Source: Thermoplasmata archaeon (GTDB lineage Archaea > Thermoplasmatota > DTKX01 > DATEUP01). Taken from it: 64,000 nucleotides of DNA. Location of the stretch: assembly GCA_041499475.1 (NCBI GenBank), contig JBGQKI010000005.1, positions 17,709 to 81,708 of the forward strand. Direction: 5' to 3'. The translations under genes and the position numbers were made by a program. This document shows, piece after piece, positions 51,151-59,532 of this stretch. The notes under the pieces were generated by a model. It was not told where the DNA came from and did no database searches. It saw only the letters and a program-made list of their open reading frames with translations. Numbering within the stretch: the first letter of the stretch is position 1; the number at the start of each line of letters is the position of its first letter.

Positions 51151-52983
51151 GTGCAGGGGTTGGCCGACTTCGAGAAGCACGAGCACGACGTCCTCGTCAT
51201 CGGCGCCGGCGGCGCCGGGCTGCGCGCGGCGCTCGAGGCGCGCGCCGAGGGCGCAAGCGTGGCGCTCGTGTGCAAGTCGCTGCTTGGAAAGGCGCACACG
51301 GTCATGGCCGAGGGCGGCGTGGCCGCCTCCCTTGGCAATGTCGAACCCAAGGACAACTGGCAGGTGCACTTCCGCGACACGATGCGCGGCGGCAAGATGC
51401 TGAACAACTGGCGCATGGCCCAGCTGCACGCGCAGGAGGCCCCGGAGTGCGTCCACGAACTTGAAGCGTGGGGGGCCCTCTTCGACCGGACGCCCGACGG
51501 GCGGATCCTCCAGCGCAACTTCGGCGGACACACCTACCCGCGCCTTGCCCACGTCGGCGACCGCACCGGGCTTGAGATGATCCGGACGCTGCAGGACCGC
51601 GTCATCCACAGCGGCGCGAAGGTGTTCATGGAATGCACGATCTTCCGCCTGCTCACCGCGCAGGGCCGCGTAGTCGGCGCCGTCGGCTATTGGCGGGAGT
51701 CGGGGCGCCCCGTCCTCTTCCGCGCGAAGGCGACCGTGCTTGCCACCGGCGGCATCGGCAAGGCGTGGCGCATCACGAGCAATTCGTGGGAGTACACCGG
51801 CGACGGCCACGCCATGGCCTATGAGGCGGGCGCCGACCTCCTCGACATGGAGTTCGTCCAGTTCCACCCCACAGGGATGGTCTGGCCGCCCTCCGTGCGC
51901 GGCACGCTCATCACGGAAGGCGTGCGCGGCGAGGGCGGCGTCCTCAAAAACAGCAAGGGCGAACGGTTCATGTTCCGCTACGTCCCCGAGATGAACAAAG
52001 GGGAATTCGCCGAGTCCGAAGAAGAGACGCGCGAGTGGCTGCGCCAGACGGAGCTCAACCAGGCCGGCAAGCTCAAGGACGTGACGGCCCGGCGGCCCCC
52101 CGAGTTGCTCACGCGCGATGTGGTGGCCAAGGCCATCAACCGCGAAGTGAAGGAGGGCCGGGGCACGCCCCACTCCGGAGTGTACCTCGACATCCACACG
52201 CAGCGCACCGCGCAGGAGATCATGCGGAAACTGCCGTCGATGTACCACCAGTTCAAGGAGCTCGCCGAGGTGGACATCACGCGCGAGCCGATGGAGGTCG
52301 GCCCCACCTGCCACTACGTGATGGGGGGCGTGCGCGTCGATGCCGACACCGCGGCCGCCACGATGCCGGGCCTCTTCGCGGCGGGCGAGGCCGCTGCCGG
52401 GATGCACGGCGCCAACCGGCTTGGCGGCAACTCGCTCTCGGACCTGCTCGTGTTTGGCAGGCGGGCCGGGCGATTCGCGGCGCGCGCGGCCAAGGAATTT
52501 GCGCTGCTGCCCGAGCCCGACGCCGCGCAACTCGACGCGTTCGTCCAGCAGATGGGGGCGCCCCTCGACCGTTCCGACGGTGAGAACCCCTTCGCGCTCC
52601 ACCAAGCGCTCCAAGACATCATGGAGGCCCGCGTCGGAATCATCCGCAACAAGGTCGACCTCGAAAAGGGCCTTGGCGAGCTCAAGGCGCTTACCAAACG
52701 CGCGGCCAATACCAAGGCCGAGGGCGGGCGCACTTTCAACCCCGGGTGGCACATGGCGCTCGACCTGGACTCCATGCTGGTCGTGGCCGAGGCCTGCGCG
52801 CGCGCAGCGCTTGCCCGCGAAGAGAGCCGCGGCGGCCACACGCGCGAGGACTTCCCCGACCCGCGCCCCGAGTTCGCGCTCTTCAACCACGTCGTTTCCA
52901 AGGGCAAGGAAGGCATGGCCGTCCGCCGAGAACCCGCGATCCCGCTCACCGCCGAACTCAAGGTCCTCATCGGAGGCAAGTGA
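51151..52983 (+). CDS. sdhA: Succinate dehydrogenase/fumarate reductase flavoprotein subunit
   Basis: HDVLVIGAGGAGLRAALEA (FAD Rossmann). SLLGKAHTVMAEGG (covalent-FAD His region). FVQFHPTG. TEGVRGEGG. CHYVMGGV. GMHGANRLGGNSL. ESRGGHTRED. GTG start preceded by GAAGGGGG. Confidence 0.95.
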   Translation: MQGLADFEKHEHDVLVIGAGGAGLRAALEARAEGASVALVCKSLLGKAHTVMAEGGVAASLGNVEPKDNWQVHFRDTMRGGKMLNNWRMAQLHAQEAPECVHELEAWGALFDRTPDGRILQRNFGGHTYPRLAHVGDRTGLEMIRTLQDRVIHSGAKVFMECTIFRLLTAQGRVVGAVGYWRESGRPVLFRAKATVLATGGIGKAWRITSNSWEYTGDGHAMAYEAGADLLDMEFVQFHPTGMVWPPSVRGTLITEGVRGEGGVLKNSKGERFMFRYVPEMNKGEFAESEEETREWLRQTELNQAGKLKDVTARRPPELLTRDVVAKAINREVKEGRGTPHSGVYLDIHTQRTAQEIMRKLPSMYHQFKELAEVDITREPMEVGPTCHYVMGGVRVDADTAAATMPGLFAAGEAAAGMHGANRLGGNSLSDLLVFGRRAGRFAARAAKEFALLPEPDAAQLDAFVQQMGAPLDRSDGENPFALHQALQDIMEARVGIIRNKVDLEKGLGELKALTKRAANTKAEGGRTFNPGWHMALDLDSMLVVAEACARAALAREESRGGHTREDFPDPRPEFALFNHVVSKGKEGMAVRREPAIPLTAELKVLIGGK

Positions 52984-53769
52984 ATGGGCGAGACGCCCAC
53001 CGCGGGCAGCGCGACGCTGCGCATCTGGCGCGGCACGCCCGTGCACGGCGAGTTCAAGGAGTACGATGTGGATCTCGACCCCGGGATGGTCGTGCTTGAC
53101 GCGGTGCTCAAGGTGCAGGCCGAGCAGTCGGGCGACCTCGCCGTCCGCTGGAACTGCAAGGCCGGCAAGTGCGGATCCTGCAGCGCCGAGGTCAACGGCC
53201 AGCCGAAGCTCATGTGCATGACGCGGATGTCCAGCCTGCCCCAGGGACGGCCCATCACCGTCGAGCCGATGAAGTCGTTCACCCTGGTGAAAGACCTCGT
53301 CACCGACGTCTCCTGGAACTACGAAGTCGACCGCAAGATCCCGCCATTCAAGCCGAAAGCGCCCGAGAAGGACGGCACTTGGCGGATGTCGCAGATCGAT
53401 GTCGACCGCGGCCAGGAGTTCCGCAAGTGCATCCAGTGCTTCCTCTGCCAGGACGTCTGCCATGTGATCCGGAACCACGAGCAGAAGGCGCACTTTGCGG
53501 GGCCCGCGTTCTTCGTCAAACTCGCGTACCTCGAGACGCACCCGCTCGATGTGGAGGACCGCCGCCCGCTCATCCGCGAGACTTCCGGGGTGGGCTTCTG
53601 CAACATAACGAAGTGCTGCACGGAGGTCTGCCCCGAGCACATCAAGATCACCGACAACGCGATCATCCCGCTCAAGGAGCGCGTGGCCGACGAATACTTC
53701 GACCCCATCGGCAAGTGGCTCGAGCGGTTGCGCGCCGACCGCGAGGAGCGGCGCCGCTTGAAGCACTGA
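52984..53769 (+). CDS. sdhB: Succinate dehydrogenase/fumarate reductase iron-sulfur subunit
   Basis: WNCKAGKCGSCSAEVNG (2Fe-2S). CIQCFLCQDVC (4Fe-4S). CNITKCCTEVCPEHI (3Fe-4S). The ATG directly abuts the sdhA stop. Confidence 0.95.
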   Translation: MGETPTAGSATLRIWRGTPVHGEFKEYDVDLDPGMVVLDAVLKVQAEQSGDLAVRWNCKAGKCGSCSAEVNGQPKLMCMTRMSSLPQGRPITVEPMKSFTLVKDLVTDVSWNYEVDRKIPPFKPKAPEKDGTWRMSQIDVDRGQEFRKCIQCFLCQDVCHVIRNHEQKAHFAGPAFFVKLAYLETHPLDVEDRRPLIRETSGVGFCNITKCCTEVCPEHIKITDNAIIPLKERVADEYFDPIGKWLERLRADREERRRLKH

Positions 53770-53776
53770 CCTCCGC

Positions 53777-54646
53777 TCAGCGGCCCACCGCTGCCACGAC
53801 CGCGACCTCCGCCGCGAGCATCAGGACCAGCGCGTAGGCCGTCTGCAAGGAGCCTTCCACCGCGCTCTTGCGGGCACTCCAGCAGACGGCGGCCGCCGCC
53901 AAGACCGGGGCCACGCTGAAGAGCGGGGTCAACGCCACGAACGCCGGGAGCGCGGCCCACGCAGCGAGCCCAGCGAGGGTGAGCGCAAGACCCGTTCGAA
54001 CCGCCACGCGCGCCCCGAGTACGACGGGCAGCGTGCGCTTGCCGATGGCAGCGTCGTCGGCAAGGTCAATCGCGTCCGCGCGCACTTTGGTGCCCACGAG
54101 CGCGGTGACCAGCGGGACCAGGATGAACGCAAGGGACCGGTCCAGGCGCCCGCCGGCCGCGAGGTAGGCGGCCAAGAACACCGCCGCCGCGCCCATCGGG
54201 TAGCCGAGGGTGACGCCAAGGAGGGTCTTGTCGAGCACGACGGAATACGCCAACGCAAGCGCTAGCGCCCCCGCCAGGAGGCCGGCCACGGCCGGCCCGC
54301 CTTGCGCCGCGGCGGGCGCCCCCAAGAGCGCGCACGCAGCGGCCGCGGCCGCGATGATCGGCGGGTAACTGCCCTCCTCGAGCAAACCGGTCGAATCGCG
54401 GAAAGCGAGCGGCAGGCTGGTGGGCGTCCGGTCCCCCCGCCCGAACACATCGACGTAAGTGTCCGTGAGGTGCGCCGCGTAGAGGCCGAAGAACACACAG
54501 CCGAGCAGCGAAAGCTCCGCCTGCGAAAGCGTGTGCAGGTTCCCTTTCGCCCACGCGAAGCCGAGCAGCGCCGCCAAGAGCGCGCCCGCCATGGGCAGGA
54601 CACGGACCTCAAACAAAAGTCCCGCCCCGGCCCGCCCGACCTTCAT
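53777..54646 (-). CDS. UbiA-superfamily prenyltransferase (membrane)
   Basis: Polytopic membrane protein with Asp-rich motifs AAHLTDTYVDVFG and ADAIDLADDAAIGKRTLPVVLG. The track start 54772 precedes the likely promoter (54727-54739). ATG 54646 (MKVGRAG...) or 54592 is more plausible. The substrate is unknown. Confidence 0.65.
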   Translation of the reverse strand: MKVGRAGAGLLFEVRVLPMAGALLAALLGFAWAKGNLHTLSQAELSLLGCVFFGLYAAHLTDTYVDVFGRGDRTPTSLPLAFRDSTGLLEEGSYPPIIAAAAAACALLGAPAAAQGGPAVAGLLAGALALALAYSVVLDKTLLGVTLGYPMGAAAVFLAAYLAAGGRLDRSLAFILVPLVTALVGTKVRADAIDLADDAAIGKRTLPVVLGARVAVRTGLALTLAGLAAWAALPAFVALTPLFSVAPVLAAAAVCWSARKSAVEGSLQTAYALVLMLAAEVAVVAAVGR

Positions 54647-54726
54647 GCGCGCGCGCACCGCCGGCGCGGTACAAGGGCGCTTCTGCTCATCGCTCGAAAG
54701 CGAGACACGTCCTGCCTGGAACGATG

Positions 54727-54739
54727 TTTCATATATCCC
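54727..54739. promoter_or_regulatory. TATA-like box in the divergent UbiA / fixC spacer
   Basis: TTTCATATATCCC is the only AT-rich element between the two divergent genes. It lies about 85 nt upstream of fixC GTG 54822 and about 85 nt upstream of ATG 54646. Confidence 0.35.
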
Positions 54740-54821
54740 GCTCCCAATCGGAGACGCTGGCCAGCATACCATCCGAAGGGTCGATGCGCCTCTGGCCTAT
54801 CGGGGTGATTCTGTGGCCGAA

Positions 54822-56390
54822 AAGTTCCCTGGAATCTGCGTCATCGGCGGCGGGATGTGCGGCAATGCCGCGGCCCTCAAACTCGTCCGCGAAGGAATCC
54901 CCGTGACGCTCATCGACCGCGGCAGCCCGATCGGGACGAAGAACATCTCCGGCGGCATCCTGTGGGGCCGCGACCTCGAAGAAGTCCTCCCGCGCTTCTG
55001 GGAGGACATGCCTTACGAACGCTCCATCACCTCCAAGCGCATCTCGTTGCTCACCGACAAGTCCGGGTTCACCGTCGAGTACAAGAACACCGAGTGGCGC
55101 CACCCGCCCTACGCCGGGTTCTCCGTGCTGCGCGCCCGCGTCGACAAGTGGCTCGCCTCCAAGATCCCCGAAGTCGCCGCCGAGCACAACGTGCCCGATG
55201 TCAACGTCATCGAGGGCGTCCTCGTCGAAGGGTTCACCTACGACGACCGCGGCCACCTCGACGGCATCCTGCAGGGCGGTGAGGAGATGAAATTCGACGC
55301 GTACATGCTCTGCGACGGCGCGAACTCAAGGCTCCTCGACGAGACGCCCCTCGTCTCGAAAGAGCAGCGCGCGCTCAAAAAGGGCTCGCGCAAATACAAG
55401 ATGGCCCACCAGGAGTGGGGCGCCAAGGTCATTATCCAACTCGACGAGAAGACCATCGAAGACCGCTTCAACCTCATGCCGGGTGACGGAGTCGCCAACG
55501 AAATGGTGCTCGGCTTCCTCCCCAAGGGCATCCGCGCGGGCGGCTTCATGTACAGCAACAAGGACACCATCTCGCTCGGCGTCATGCTCGCCATGGAGTC
55601 GGCGTGGCGCCGCGAGTTCTACTTCCGCGATGCGCTCGACCAGTACGTCCGCCACCCCTACATCCAGCCCTTCGTCCTTGGCGGCATGGAGGTCGAGTAC
55701 TCGACCCACTGGGCACCCATCGGCGGCATCAATTGGATGCCCAAACTCTACGATGACCGCCTCCTCGTCGGCGGCGACACGGCCCAGATGCTCCTCGCCA
55801 CCGGCCTCAACATCGAAGGAATGAATTACGCCATCAAGTCCGGCCTGCTCGCGGGCCAAACCTTCGCCGACGCCTGGAAAGGGGGCAAGAACTTCTCGGC
55901 CGCCGCCCTCTCAGCCTACGAGCGCCGCCTCTGGAATTCGTATGTCCTCCAGGACCTCGCCCAGTTCCGCAACATTGACCACATCACCGGCAACGCCCGG
56001 CTCTTCTACGAGTACCCGCGCCTCATCGAGAGCATCTTCACCAAGATCGTGTGGCCGACCGGCCAGCCCAAAAAGACCTTCGGCGAAAACATCGGCCTCA
56101 CCGTCCTCAACTCGGGGATCGCGCCGCAGCTCATCGGCGACGGCGCCAAGGCCGCACTCTCCGAACTCATCCCCGCCGCCATCAACCGCGCCCCCTTCGT
56201 CGGCCCCCTGCTCACCAAGGCGCTCGTCGAGCGGCGCAAACAGAAGGCCCTGCGCCAGCTGTACCACGAAATGCAAAAGGAGGAGGCCGAGCGCGCGATG
56301 CGCGCGATCGAGGACAAGGCCGTGCAGGCGCCGGCCGTCGCGGCCGCCCCTCACGCCCACGCTGCCGAAGCCGGAGGTGGCCACGGATGA
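54822..56390 (+). CDS. fixC: Electron-transfer-flavoprotein:quinone oxidoreductase FixC-type flavoprotein
   Basis: (V)AEKFPGICVIGGGMCGNAAALKLVREGIPVTLIDRG is an FAD-binding GxGxxG fold. The remainder is collinear with FixC/ETF-QO-like proteins and is followed by fixX. GTG 54822 is preceded by GGGGTGA. Upstream codons of the track ORF (from 54531) overlap the UbiA gene region. The ~90-aa Lys/Glu/Ala-rich C-terminal extension is longer than I expect for FixC. Confidence 0.85.
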   Translation, partial: KFPGICVIGGGMCGNAAALKLVREGIPVTLIDRGSPIGTKNISGGILWGRDLEEVLPRFWEDMPYERSITSKRISLLTDKSGFTVEYKNTEWRHPPYAGFSVLRARVDKWLASKIPEVAAEHNVPDVNVIEGVLVEGFTYDDRGHLDGILQGGEEMKFDAYMLCDGANSRLLDETPLVSKEQRALKKGSRKYKMAHQEWGAKVIIQLDEKTIEDRFNLMPGDGVANEMVLGFLPKGIRAGGFMYSNKDTISLGVMLAMESAWRREFYFRDALDQYVRHPYIQPFVLGGMEVEYSTHWAPIGGINWMPKLYDDRLLVGGDTAQMLLATGLNIEGMNYAIKSGLLAGQTFADAWKGGKNFSAAALSAYERRLWNSYVLQDLAQFRNIDHITGNARLFYEYPRLIESIFTKIVWPTGQPKKTFGENIGLTVLNSGIAPQLIGDGAKAALSELIPAAINRAPFVGPLLTKALVERRKQKALRQLYHEMQKEEAERAMRAIEDKAVQAPAVAAAPHAHAAEAGGGHG

Positions 56391-56698
56391 CGCCCGTCCC
56401 TGTAAAAGGCCAGCCCGTCGAAATCATGGAGCGCGTCGGCGAGACCGCGTTCAACATCGACCAGAACCGCCCGCACATTGTCGTCGACACCGACATCTGC
56501 AGGCGCTGCCCGCACCAAATGTGCCAGTTCGGCTGCCCGACCCAGTGCTACAAAGCCGACGAGGCCGACCGCAAGGTCATGCACTTCAACTACGAGGGAT
56601 GTGTCGAGTGTGGGACCTGCGACGTGCTCTGCGACCAGGGAGCGGTGACTTGGAACATGCCGCGCGGCGGCTTCGGCGTGACCTACAAGTACGGGTAA
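56387..56698 (+). CDS. fixX: FixX-type ferredoxin-like protein
   Basis: MTPVPVKGQPVEIMERVGETAFNIDQNRPHIVVDTDICRRCPHQMCQFGCPTQCYK...GCVECGTCDVLCDQGAVTWNMPRGGFGVTYKYG is a typical FixX. The ATG overlaps the fixC stop as ATGA (56387-56390). Confidence 0.85.
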   Translation: MTPVPVKGQPVEIMERVGETAFNIDQNRPHIVVDTDICRRCPHQMCQFGCPTQCYKADEADRKVMHFNYEGCVECGTCDVLCDQGAVTWNMPRGGFGVTYKYG

Positions 56699-56822
56699 GC
56701 CCGGCGCATTTTCCGCAGCCCAGGTTACCATATTTCACAGTATCAGCTTGGATTCTCCAGGCTCAACCTTCAAGAGGGCGCTCCCCGTGGGAGCCTCGAC
56801 TGGATCTGGAGGTCGGGGTTGC

Positions 56823-57263
56823 ATGCAAGGGAAGAGGGGGAGGGTGGAGGTCCGCCAGCCGCTCGGGCGCGCGGCGTTCCAAGCGCACTTTGCCAAGATT
56901 TCGAGGAACATTGTCGTGGGGCAGGACAACCCGGAGACGCGGGAGGTCGCCCACGCGATCGCGCGGGCGCGGCAATGGGCGGAGTCGGGCGACTACCTTG
57001 CGGCGTTGCACGCAATCGGCGGGCTTGAGGTGACGATGGCGCGGCCGACGGACGGCGCGGGGCCGAACAGGGTGAGTGGGGCGGATGTGGAGGAGGCGCT
57101 TGGGGCGTTGCGGCGCGAGGTGGAGCGGGTTGGGGAAGTGGAGGGGGCGGTGGAGGCGGCGCAATTGTGGGAGGCGGCGCGCCAAGAAGTGATCCGCGGC
57201 TCGTGGGAGGCGGCGATGGCGTTGGTGGAAGAGGCGCGCCAGTGGCTGGGCCGCGGGAAATGA
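56823..57263 (+). CDS. Hypothetical Ala/Glu/Arg/Gly-rich helical protein (weak call)
   Basis: An ATG 56823 ORF of 146 aa with no recognisable motif. The opposite-strand ORFs are Arg/Pro-rich shadows, which favours the plus strand. The coding strand is strikingly G-rich. Confidence 0.3.
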   Translation: MQGKRGRVEVRQPLGRAAFQAHFAKISRNIVVGQDNPETREVAHAIARARQWAESGDYLAALHAIGGLEVTMARPTDGAGPNRVSGADVEEALGALRREVERVGEVEGAVEAAQLWEAARQEVIRGSWEAAMALVEEARQWLGRGK

Positions 57264-57273
57264 GGGGCCGTTT

Positions 57274-58227
57274 TCAGGCGCGGTGGCGGGCCGCTGCGGC
57301 CTTGAGGGCCGGGATGAACTTGTAGAGGTCGGCGACCACGCCGAGGTCGCAGGCCTTGAAGATAGGGGCGTTCGCGTCCGAGTTGACGGAGATGATTGTC
57401 TCCGAGTCGCGGATGCCGGCGATGTGCTGGATTTGGCCGGAGATGCCGAAGGTCATGTAGACTTTGGGGCGGACTTTGTGGCCCGAGAGGCCGACCCAGT
57501 GGTCTTCGGTCATCCACGCGAGGTCGGTGGCGAGGGGCCGGGAGCAGCCAACTTCGGCGCCGAGCGATTTGGCGAGGTCCTCGATGAGGGCGAGGTCCTC
57601 CTTCTTCTTGAAGCCGCGGCCGGCGGACATGATAAAGGGCGCGTCCTCGATTCGGATTCCGCCTTTCGACTTCTCGGTGACCTCGACGACCTCCGGGGCG
57701 CGCGTCGTGGGGATGACTTTCAGCTCGCGCGAGGGCGACACGGCGCCCGCGGGGGCGGGCAACGGGTGCGCGCGGGGCGGGACGGTAATGACGACGGGCA
57801 CCGCCTTGACGCGCACGACTTGGAGGGCATTGCCCGACAGGAAGGTGCGCTCGATGGTGAGCTCGCCCCCCGGAGCGGCCAAGATCCGCTGGGCCTCCGA
57901 GACACAGCCGGCCTTGAGTCTGGCGGCAAGCCGCCCGGCGAGGTCCTTACCGTTTCGCGTGGCGCCGATGAGGATGACCGAAGCCTTGAGGTCGTTGACG
58001 GCGGCCGCAAGGGCGTCGGCGAAGCGCTCCGCGGTGAACTCGTCGAGGCCGGGTCCGGTGATATGGACGACCTCGGAAGCGCCGTGGCGTGCAAGCTCGG
58101 GCGGGACGCTTGAACCGACCCACGACGCCACGACCTTGGCGTTCAGGATGGAGGCGACCGGCGCGGCCGCGGTCTGAAGTTCGAGCGCCGTCCGCTCGTT
58201 TTCGGAGAAGGTGAGGACGGCGGCCAT
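57274..58227 (-). CDS. etfA: Electron transfer flavoprotein alpha subunit
   Basis: The C-terminal FAD-binding region contains RPLATDLAWMTEDHWVGLSGHKVRPKVYMTFGISGQIQHIAGI. ATG 58227 lies 5 nt after the etfB stop. The track start TTG 58248 overlaps etfB. Confidence 0.9.
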   Translation of the reverse strand: MAAVLTFSENERTALELQTAAAPVASILNAKVVASWVGSSVPPELARHGASEVVHITGPGLDEFTAERFADALAAAVNDLKASVILIGATRNGKDLAGRLAARLKAGCVSEAQRILAAPGGELTIERTFLSGNALQVVRVKAVPVVITVPPRAHPLPAPAGAVSPSRELKVIPTTRAPEVVEVTEKSKGGIRIEDAPFIMSAGRGFKKKEDLALIEDLAKSLGAEVGCSRPLATDLAWMTEDHWVGLSGHKVRPKVYMTFGISGQIQHIAGIRDSETIISVNSDANAPIFKACDLGVVADLYKFIPALKAAAARHRA

Positions 58228-58231
58228 GGGG

Positions 58232-59029
58232 TCAGCGCCCCCCTGCAAGGACGCCCTTGCGGACGAGTTCCTGCGCGACGGCTTCTGCAGCCTCTTCGAC
58301 GGTCTTGTCCTTCAGGACGACGAGTTTGCGCGACATGGTCTGGGGGCGGATCTCGACCTGTCGCACGGCGACCTTGTCGGCGGCAATCACGGCATCGGGC
58401 ACGGCGAGGTCGGCGGCCTTCCAGGTGGTCTGCGGCTTCTTCTTCGCGTTCATGATTGCCATGAGGTTTGGCAGGCGCGGCTGGTTCGCGTCCTTCACGA
58501 CGGCCACCAAGGCCGGCAGGGCTGCACGCACCTTCACGACCTTGTCGCCAAGTTCGCGCGTGGCAACGACCGCCTTGTCGGCAAGCTCGATGGACTTGGC
58601 GAAGGTGATCTGGGGCATCCCGAGCAGTTCCGCCACGCGCGGGCCGATCTGGCTCTGGTAGGCGTCGGTGGAGGCCTCGCCGCAGAGCACGATGTCGATG
58701 GCGCCGATCTTGCGGGCGGCGGCCGCGAGCAATTCCGAGGTCGCAAGCGCGTCGAGCTGGTCGTGCGGCTGGGAAACGATGAACGCCTTGTCGGCGCCGA
58801 TGGCAAGCGCCTCGTTGACGGTCTCGCTCACCTTGGCGCCGCCAAGCGAGAGCACGATGACCTCGCTGCCCGCGGCTTTCTCTTTGAGCTTGACGGCGGC
58901 CTCGAGGGCGTTCTTGTCGGCGTCGGACATCTTGGCAGGAATCTGGGCGAAATTGGGCGCCTTGCCGCCCTCGAAGCGCACTTGCGAGACATCGACGACC
59001 TGCTTCACGAGCACCAGAATCTTGACCAT
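58232..59029 (-). CDS. etfB: Electron transfer flavoprotein beta subunit
   Basis: MVKILVLVKQVVDVSQVRF...VIVLSLGG...ELLGMPQITFA are typical EtfB/FixA N-terminal and signature regions. Confidence 0.9.
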   Translation of the reverse strand: MVKILVLVKQVVDVSQVRFEGGKAPNFAQIPAKMSDADKNALEAAVKLKEKAAGSEVIVLSLGGAKVSETVNEALAIGADKAFIVSQPHDQLDALATSELLAAAARKIGAIDIVLCGEASTDAYQSQIGPRVAELLGMPQITFAKSIELADKAVVATRELGDKVVKVRAALPALVAVVKDANQPRLPNLMAIMNAKKKPQTTWKAADLAVPDAVIAADKVAVRQVEIRPQTMSRKLVVLKDKTVEEAAEAVAQELVRKGVLAGGR

Positions 59030-59069
59030 CGCGGTTCACCCAAGAGGACTTAACGCGCCAACAGGATGA

Positions 59070-59088
59070 GGGTATAAAGCGGTTTTCA
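59070..59088 (-). promoter_or_regulatory. BRE/TATA box for etfBA
   Basis: The minus strand reads GAAAACCGCTTTATACCC (TATA 59073-59078), about 46 nt upstream of ATG 59029. The same TTTATACCC core occurs at 6117-6125. Confidence 0.45.
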
Positions 59089-59212
59089 AGGCGCGTTGCG
59101 AAGGAGCGCGAAGGCGAGCGCAGCGCGCGAAAGTTTAATGCGGTTTCGGCTTCCCTTGTCGCCGGGGGCAAAAGCGCTGCAGCCGTCTGAAGGGGTAAGG
59201 TGGCTTCTCCAG

Positions 59213-59527
59213 ATGTCCCGCGAGATGTCGCTTGAAACGCAGATGTGGGAACTGTTCGCCTCGACCTGGAAGGCGATGGGGTTCGCCTTCGACGGGAATC
59301 TGCGGCGCCGGACCGGTACCCACGGCCGGATGCTCTCCGGGTTCTACGAGGAGGTCCGCCAGCAGCTCGTGCCCAAGGGCAACGCCATCTCGGAGACCGA
59401 CTTGAAACGTTGGACGGCGAAATTCGACCGCCTGCAAAGGACGCACGGGCAGCCGATGAGGGCGCTGCGGCGGGAGCGCGACCGCTTCGTGAAGGATTTC
59501 AAGGCGGGCGGGCCCGACCTCGACTGA
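59213..59527 (+). CDS. Hypothetical small protein
   Basis: MSREMSLETQMWELFASTWKAMGFAFDGNL...RDRFVKDFKAGGPDLD. ATG 59213 is preceded by GGTAAGGTGG. The track start TTG 59096 and ATG 59138 add an Arg-rich extension. No motif recognised. Confidence 0.35.
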   Translation: MSREMSLETQMWELFASTWKAMGFAFDGNLRRRTGTHGRMLSGFYEEVRQQLVPKGNAISETDLKRWTAKFDRLQRTHGQPMRALRRERDRFVKDFKAGGPDLD

Positions 59528-59532
59528 GCGCT

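Noticed and set aside
49988-51403. A 471-aa plus-strand ORF spanning the divergent spacer and the sdh anchor region.
   Set aside because: It is an extremely Arg/Pro-rich product, out of frame with the hydrophobic multi-helix frame (50205-51143) that fits the sdh operon context.
51031-53766. A 911-aa minus-strand ORF covering sdhA/sdhB, plus other long ORFs opposite clear genes (6831-8624, 8637-10169, 7298-8632, 59245-60765, 62854-63909, 54729-55859).
   Set aside because: They lie opposite unambiguous genes (sdhA/B, the Hef helicase, the histidine kinase, ACAD, the FAD oxidoreductase and fixC). They have low-complexity Arg/Ala/Gly/Pro composition and no motifs.
56990-57250. G-run-rich plus strand as a functional G-quadruplex element.
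   Set aside because: The G-runs are mostly 3-5 nt, irregularly spaced, and coincide with GAG/GCG/GGG/GTG codons of an Ala/Glu/Gly-rich ORF. Codon composition explains them adequately without invoking a G4 element. The skew is noted only as a low-interest finding.
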